Below, one piece after another: positions 60,314-64,000 of a stretch of DNA of 64,000 nt. The notes beneath the pieces are model-generated. The model searched no databases, was not told where the DNA came from, and saw only the letters and a program-made list of their open reading frames with translations. Position 1 is the stretch's first letter, and each line of letters begins with the position of its first letter. This DNA is from Halobacteriales archaeon QH_7_69_31. GTDB lineage: Archaea > Halobacteriota > Halobacteria > Halobacteriales > Haloarculaceae. The stretch is taken from the NCBI GenBank assembly GCA_003021745.1, contig PXQY01000072.1, positions 2,150-66,149 of the forward strand, written 5' to 3'. The translations under genes and the position numbers were made by a program.

Positions 60314-60919
60314 CTACACCCACCCAAACACCCGCAGAAGCGAGGCGGTACCGAGTACTACCCCAACGAGGATCGCCCCAGTGAGCTGTCGTTTCGTCAC
60401 GTCGATTCGGATCGGGGCGATCATCAGCGGTCCGACCGCCCCGATCACTACCGTCCCGACCAGGGCCGGGATGACCGTCGAGGCGATCACCAACCGCACC
60501 GTCAGCCCCAATGCTGCCACGTGAAACGCCGTAATTCCATAGTAGACTGTCGTCCCACCGTCAGTAGCCTGGGCGCCGACGCTGTGACGTGCCAACCGCA
60601 GGACACCGAAGAGGATAATCGAGGCGCCTGCGATGAACCCAGCCGGCGATCGAGCTGCGAGCGTTTCGACAATTAGAACGGCGATAGGGACGAGATAGAT
60701 CACCACGTCCGCGAGTGCATCGAGCTGGGGCCCGAGAGGAGAGCCGTGGCCTCGGCGTGCGAGACTCCCGTCAGCTTTGTCACAGAGAAATGCCACTAGG
60801 AGCAGTAGCGTGGCGAGGTCGGGCTGTTCCAGTAACAACAGACTGATCGCGGTCCAGCCAAGCCCGAGTCCCGCAAGGGTCACGTAGTCAGCGCGCGCGA
60901 GCCGGAGTGGCACTGTCAA
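60314..60919 (-). CDS. CDP-alcohol phosphatidyltransferase
   Basis: DKADGSLAR..G.PLGPQLDALAD signature; hydrophobic. Confidence 0.85.
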   Translation of the reverse strand: MTVPLRLARADYVTLAGLGLGWTAISLLLLEQPDLATLLLLVAFLCDKADGSLARRGHGSPLGPQLDALADVVIYLVPIAVLIVETLAARSPAGFIAGASIILFGVLRLARHSVGAQATDGGTTVYYGITAFHVAALGLTVRLVIASTVIPALVGTVVIGAVGPLMIAPIRIDVTKRQLTGAILVGVVLGTASLLRVFGWV

Positions 60920-61520
60920 TTTCCTGTTGATATCGCCATTGGATCCGACGGAGCCGATAGTACGATCGGAGCCTTTCCCGTTCGAAGCCGACGCGTTGCA
61001 GAACCCGCTTCGATGGCACGTTGTCTGCGCCGACGAGCGCGGCTACTTCACTGACCTCGGATTCCTCCGCGACGTGTACGAGGGCACGAGCGAGGAGTGT
61101 AGTTGCAACGCCCCGACGACGCCACTCGGGGACGACGTATAATCCCCAGAAGTACGCGCCGTCAAACTCTAAGGTCCGTTCGAGTGGTTTAACGTAGAAG
61201 GGACGGTCCAGGGTAATCGGCTGGATGCCTATTATCCGATCCGCCATCACGGCAGCGACGATTCGATCCTGGTTTGTCAGCTCGGGCCGAGCCATGCGAC
61301 CGGATAGAGTGAAGTCCTCGGGCGTCCCGATTTGCAGTGTCAACTCGTCCGGAAGTGTGGACTCGGGCGGTGGGTCATCAAGTTTCCGCCTGAACTGTTC
61401 GAGACGAGAGAGGATCACCCCGTGGGAGGCAAGCGCTTCGAACAGCCGGCGACCGGGGAGAGTCCGGGTCACCTTCCAGACGGGGATCGTCATCGTCTGA
61501 TCTACCGTAAGTCTTTGCAT
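60888..61520 (-). CDS. GNAT-family acetyltransferase
   Basis: LYVVPEWRRRGVAT, NVPS..VL.RVGF. Confidence 0.85.
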   Translation of the reverse strand: MQRLTVDQTMTIPVWKVTRTLPGRRLFEALASHGVILSRLEQFRRKLDDPPPESTLPDELTLQIGTPEDFTLSGRMARPELTNQDRIVAAVMADRIIGIQPITLDRPFYVKPLERTLEFDGAYFWGLYVVPEWRRRGVATTLLARALVHVAEESEVSEVAALVGADNVPSKRVLQRVGFERERLRSYYRLRRIQWRYQQEIDSATPARAR

Positions 61521-61738
61521 AAACTTTCCGCACCATGGAATATAGCAATTGTCAGATCCACATGGCAAACGCGTCATATATTCAAGGCGCCGGCCGCGTC
61601 GTGCTGCTCGGCGGGCCGACGGTTCGCCGGGCGGACTCAGCGTCGGTACTCTACGGAACGACTTTCCCTTGCCTGCAGATATTGATGGTGTATCAACCAA
61701 CAGACTTATTTTGATGGCCCAACTACCATCGGTCGGGG

Positions 61739-62029
61739 ATGGCAGACGGCGATGTCCAGGTCGTTCGCGATCGGCGCCGTGATTTCGGCGACGAGGTCGT
61801 CCGAATTCGCGTGCTGCAAGTCCCGGAGTCCGAGGCGTTCCCCGAGGGAATCAAATATGCGTTCCACTACGGTCGGAAAGACGGCGACGATCCGCTCCTC
61901 CGGTACGACAACCATCATGGCGTCCACGAACGACACAGCGGCTCGGAACTGGAGGAGATCGACTTTCCAGGAACCGAAGCGCTGCTCCGACAGTTCGTTC
62001 GCGAACTTCCCGACCACGTTTCACCCTGA
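61739..62029 (+). CDS. DUF6516/TumE-like putative toxin
   Basis: FPEGIKYAFHYG, LRYDNHHG.HERH. Confidence 0.78.
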   Translation: MADGDVQVVRDRRRDFGDEVVRIRVLQVPESEAFPEGIKYAFHYGRKDGDDPLLRYDNHHGVHERHSGSELEEIDFPGTEALLRQFVRELPDHVSP

Positions 62030-62032
62030 CCC

Positions 62033-62437
62033 ATGACCACGAACACGCTGCATATTACGGTCGAACCGACGGCGGAGTTCTTCGAGGCGGCCCTCGAGGA
62101 CGTCCGGCAACTCGAGGCTGACGAGGCCGATGGAAGCGAGTACGTCCTCAGCCTCCCCGATGAGGAGACCCTCGAACGAGTGCTGCGTGCGAAGAACATC
62201 GAGCTCATCCGGACGACCGCCACCGAGGAGCCCGAAAGCGTTCGGGAACTCGCCCGGCTCGTCGACCGCGACATCAAGAACGTCTCGACGGCGTTGAACC
62301 GGCTCGAGGAGATCGGCCTCGTCGAACTCGAAGACGCCGGACGGGCGAAGAGGCCGACGGTCTGGTACGACCACGTCGAGATCGACATCCGGATGACGCC
62401 CGACGGTGCGGACGACACCGACGTGGCCCCTGCGTGA
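62033..62437 (+). CDS. HVO_A0114-like HTH protein, putative antitoxin
   Basis: PESVRELARLVDRDIKNVSTALNRL...GRAKRP.V.YD. Confidence 0.8.
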   Translation: MTTNTLHITVEPTAEFFEAALEDVRQLEADEADGSEYVLSLPDEETLERVLRAKNIELIRTTATEEPESVRELARLVDRDIKNVSTALNRLEEIGLVELEDAGRAKRPTVWYDHVEIDIRMTPDGADDTDVAPA

Positions 62438-62497
62438 ACCACCCGAGGTCGCCGGTGACCGCGACAGCGCGCGCACCGGACGTTAACTCATCGCCAC

Positions 62498-63080
62498 TCA
62501 GTAGACGTCGTCGATCTCGTCCTCGTAGTGGCTGTGCTCCTCGGCCGGGAACTCGCCGCGCTCGACGGCGTCGACGTAGCCCTCGATGGCGTCGGCCATC
62601 TCGCCACGGACGTCGCCGAACGACCGGGAGAACGGGGCGGTGTCCTCGGCGAGGCCGATGACCTCGTCGACGACGAGCACCTGACCGTCGCAGTGCGGCC
62701 CGGCGCCGATGCCGATGGTCGGGACGTCGACGGCCTCGGTCACCACCTCGCCGAGGGTGGCGGGGAAGTGCTCGAGGACGACGGAGAAGGCGCCGGCGGC
62801 CTCGTGCCGTTCGGCGAGCTCGACCGTCCGGCGGGCCGAGTCGGCGTCGTGCCCTGCCGGGACAGCCCGGTCTCGTTTTCCCGCTGGGGTGTCAGCCCCA
62901 GGTGGGCCTGCACCGGGATGCCGAAGACGGGCAGCCGGTCGGTCAAGTCGACGGTGTGGGGCCCGGACTCGAGTTTGACGGCGTCGGCGTCGGCCTCCTT
63001 CAGCATCCGACCGCAGTTCTCGACGGCCTCGCCGTCGGCGGCGCCGTCGAGAGCAACGGCATGTCGGCGATCACGAGGGA
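62498..63080 (-). pseudogene. panB: 3-methyl-2-oxobutanoate hydroxymethyltransferase remnant
   Basis: VIADMP, AVKLE, AHLGLTPQ, PTIGIGAG..CDGQVLV spread over several frames; N-terminal part absent. Confidence 0.8.
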
Positions 63081-63119
63081 ACCGTAACCGCTTACCCGAC
63101 GAGCGCCCGAGCCGGGGGC

Positions 63120-63362
63120 ATGCCGGAGCGCGTCGGGTCGACCGAGCCCGAGGGCGTCGACTACGGGTGGGTGATGCAGACCACCTTCGTCGTCACCATC
63201 GTCGCGGGCGCGCCCGCGGTGGCCGCCCTCTCGATGCTGGTCCCGCTCCCGACGTGGGGCGCCCGGGCGGCGTTCGCTGTCCGCGTCGGCGCGGTGGTGT
63301 GGCTCGCCCTCGGAATCGCTGTCTACGCGTACGCACGGAGCCAGTCCGAGACGTCGAGGTAG
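63120..63362 (+). CDS. Small membrane protein (DUF5822-like)
   Basis: GVDYGWVMQTTFVVTIVAGAP; two TM helices. Confidence 0.72.
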   Translation: MPERVGSTEPEGVDYGWVMQTTFVVTIVAGAPAVAALSMLVPLPTWGARAAFAVRVGAVVWLALGIAVYAYARSQSETSR

Positions 63363-63862
63363 TCGACGCCGGCCCGCTCGGCCGTCCGGGCGTCGCGGTC
63401 GCTGTCGCCGACGAACACGGTGTCGGCCGGGTCGGCGTCGAGCCGTCGGACGGTCTCCAGTAACGGTTCGGGGTCGGGCTTCTCCGTCGCCACGGTGTCC
63501 CGCCCGACGACGGTCGCGATCCCATCGATGGCGTGCTCGGAGAGCGCGATGCGGCAGGCGTCCTCGCAGTTCAGCGAACAGACGCCCGTCGGCCTCGTGG
63601 GGATCGTCCCCGCCGCGGGCAACCGGTCGGCCTGCCGCGCGCCATCCCGCTCGAAGGCAGCGATGGTTGACTCCACGGCCGGTCGGACGCCGGCGCGATC
63701 GGCTGCCTCGAGCATCGACCAGAGGTCCCCCGGCGGCGCGACGCCGCGGACCTCGAGTGTGTCGGCGACGGCCTCGGTCACCCGCTCCCAGTCGACGGCG
63801 AGGCGGACGAGGGTGCCGTCCAGGTCGAACACGACCGCCCGGTAGTCGAACTCGGAGGTCAT
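63323..63862 (-). CDS. HAD-family hydrolase
   Basis: VVFDLDGTL, KPDPEPL, FVGDS..D. Confidence 0.9.
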   Translation of the reverse strand: MTSEFDYRAVVFDLDGTLVRLAVDWERVTEAVADTLEVRGVAPPGDLWSMLEAADRAGVRPAVESTIAAFERDGARQADRLPAAGTIPTRPTGVCSLNCEDACRIALSEHAIDGIATVVGRDTVATEKPDPEPLLETVRRLDADPADTVFVGDSDRDARTAERAGVDYLDVSDWLRAYA

Positions 63863-63892
63863 CGCCGTGGCCCCGTCCGCGGGCGGGGGTGG

Positions 63893-64000
63893 TCAGTCCA
63901 GGAGTTCACGGGCGATGACCGTCTTCTGGATCTGTGTGGTCCCCTCGTAGATGGTCGTGATCTTCGCGTCGCGGTAGAGTCGCTCGACCGGGTAGTCCGT
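63893..64000 (-). CDS. Acyl-CoA dehydrogenase C-terminal end (partial)
   Basis: [35 protein letters not shown]-stop. Confidence 0.88.
   Translation of the reverse strand, partial: TDYPVERLYRDAKITTIYEGTTQIQKTVIARELLD

Overview
High-GC haloarchaeal (class Halobacteria) chromosomal segment, judged from acidic proteins, Tat/PGF-CTERM signals and archaeal ribosomal genes. Core genes include dph2, a METTL5-like methyltransferase, rhomboid protease, an Hrq1/MrfA-type helicase, dpsA, the rpl7ae-rps28e-rpl24e-ndk operon, a Dna2-like nuclease-helicase, purF and lsm-rpl37e. There are also several acyl-CoA/beta-keto-acid catabolism genes, ABC transporters and secreted proteins. Three visibly lower-GC accessory patches (~3.3-4.3 kb, ~17.6-23.35 kb, ~60.15-61.75 kb) interrupt the core. 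The most notable observations are: (1) a near-perfect dif-like site (14-6-14, ATAA-N6-TTAT core) directly upstream of a DUF5805-like gene and a XerA-like tyrosine recombinase, inside a cargo-rich variable region; (2) a dispersed intergenic repeat family built from a covarying stem-GA-NN-GNA-NN-GA-stem hairpin; (3) a 36-bp tandem array that reads as three start-to-stop decapeptide ORFs copying the C-terminus of the upstream gene; (4) matching DtxR/SirR-like palindromes before an iron-type ABC ATPase and dpsA; (5) many genes with internal deletions or frameshifts (decay or assembly error). No rRNA, tRNA or CRISPR array was recognised. All family assignments are from motif recognition, not database searches.
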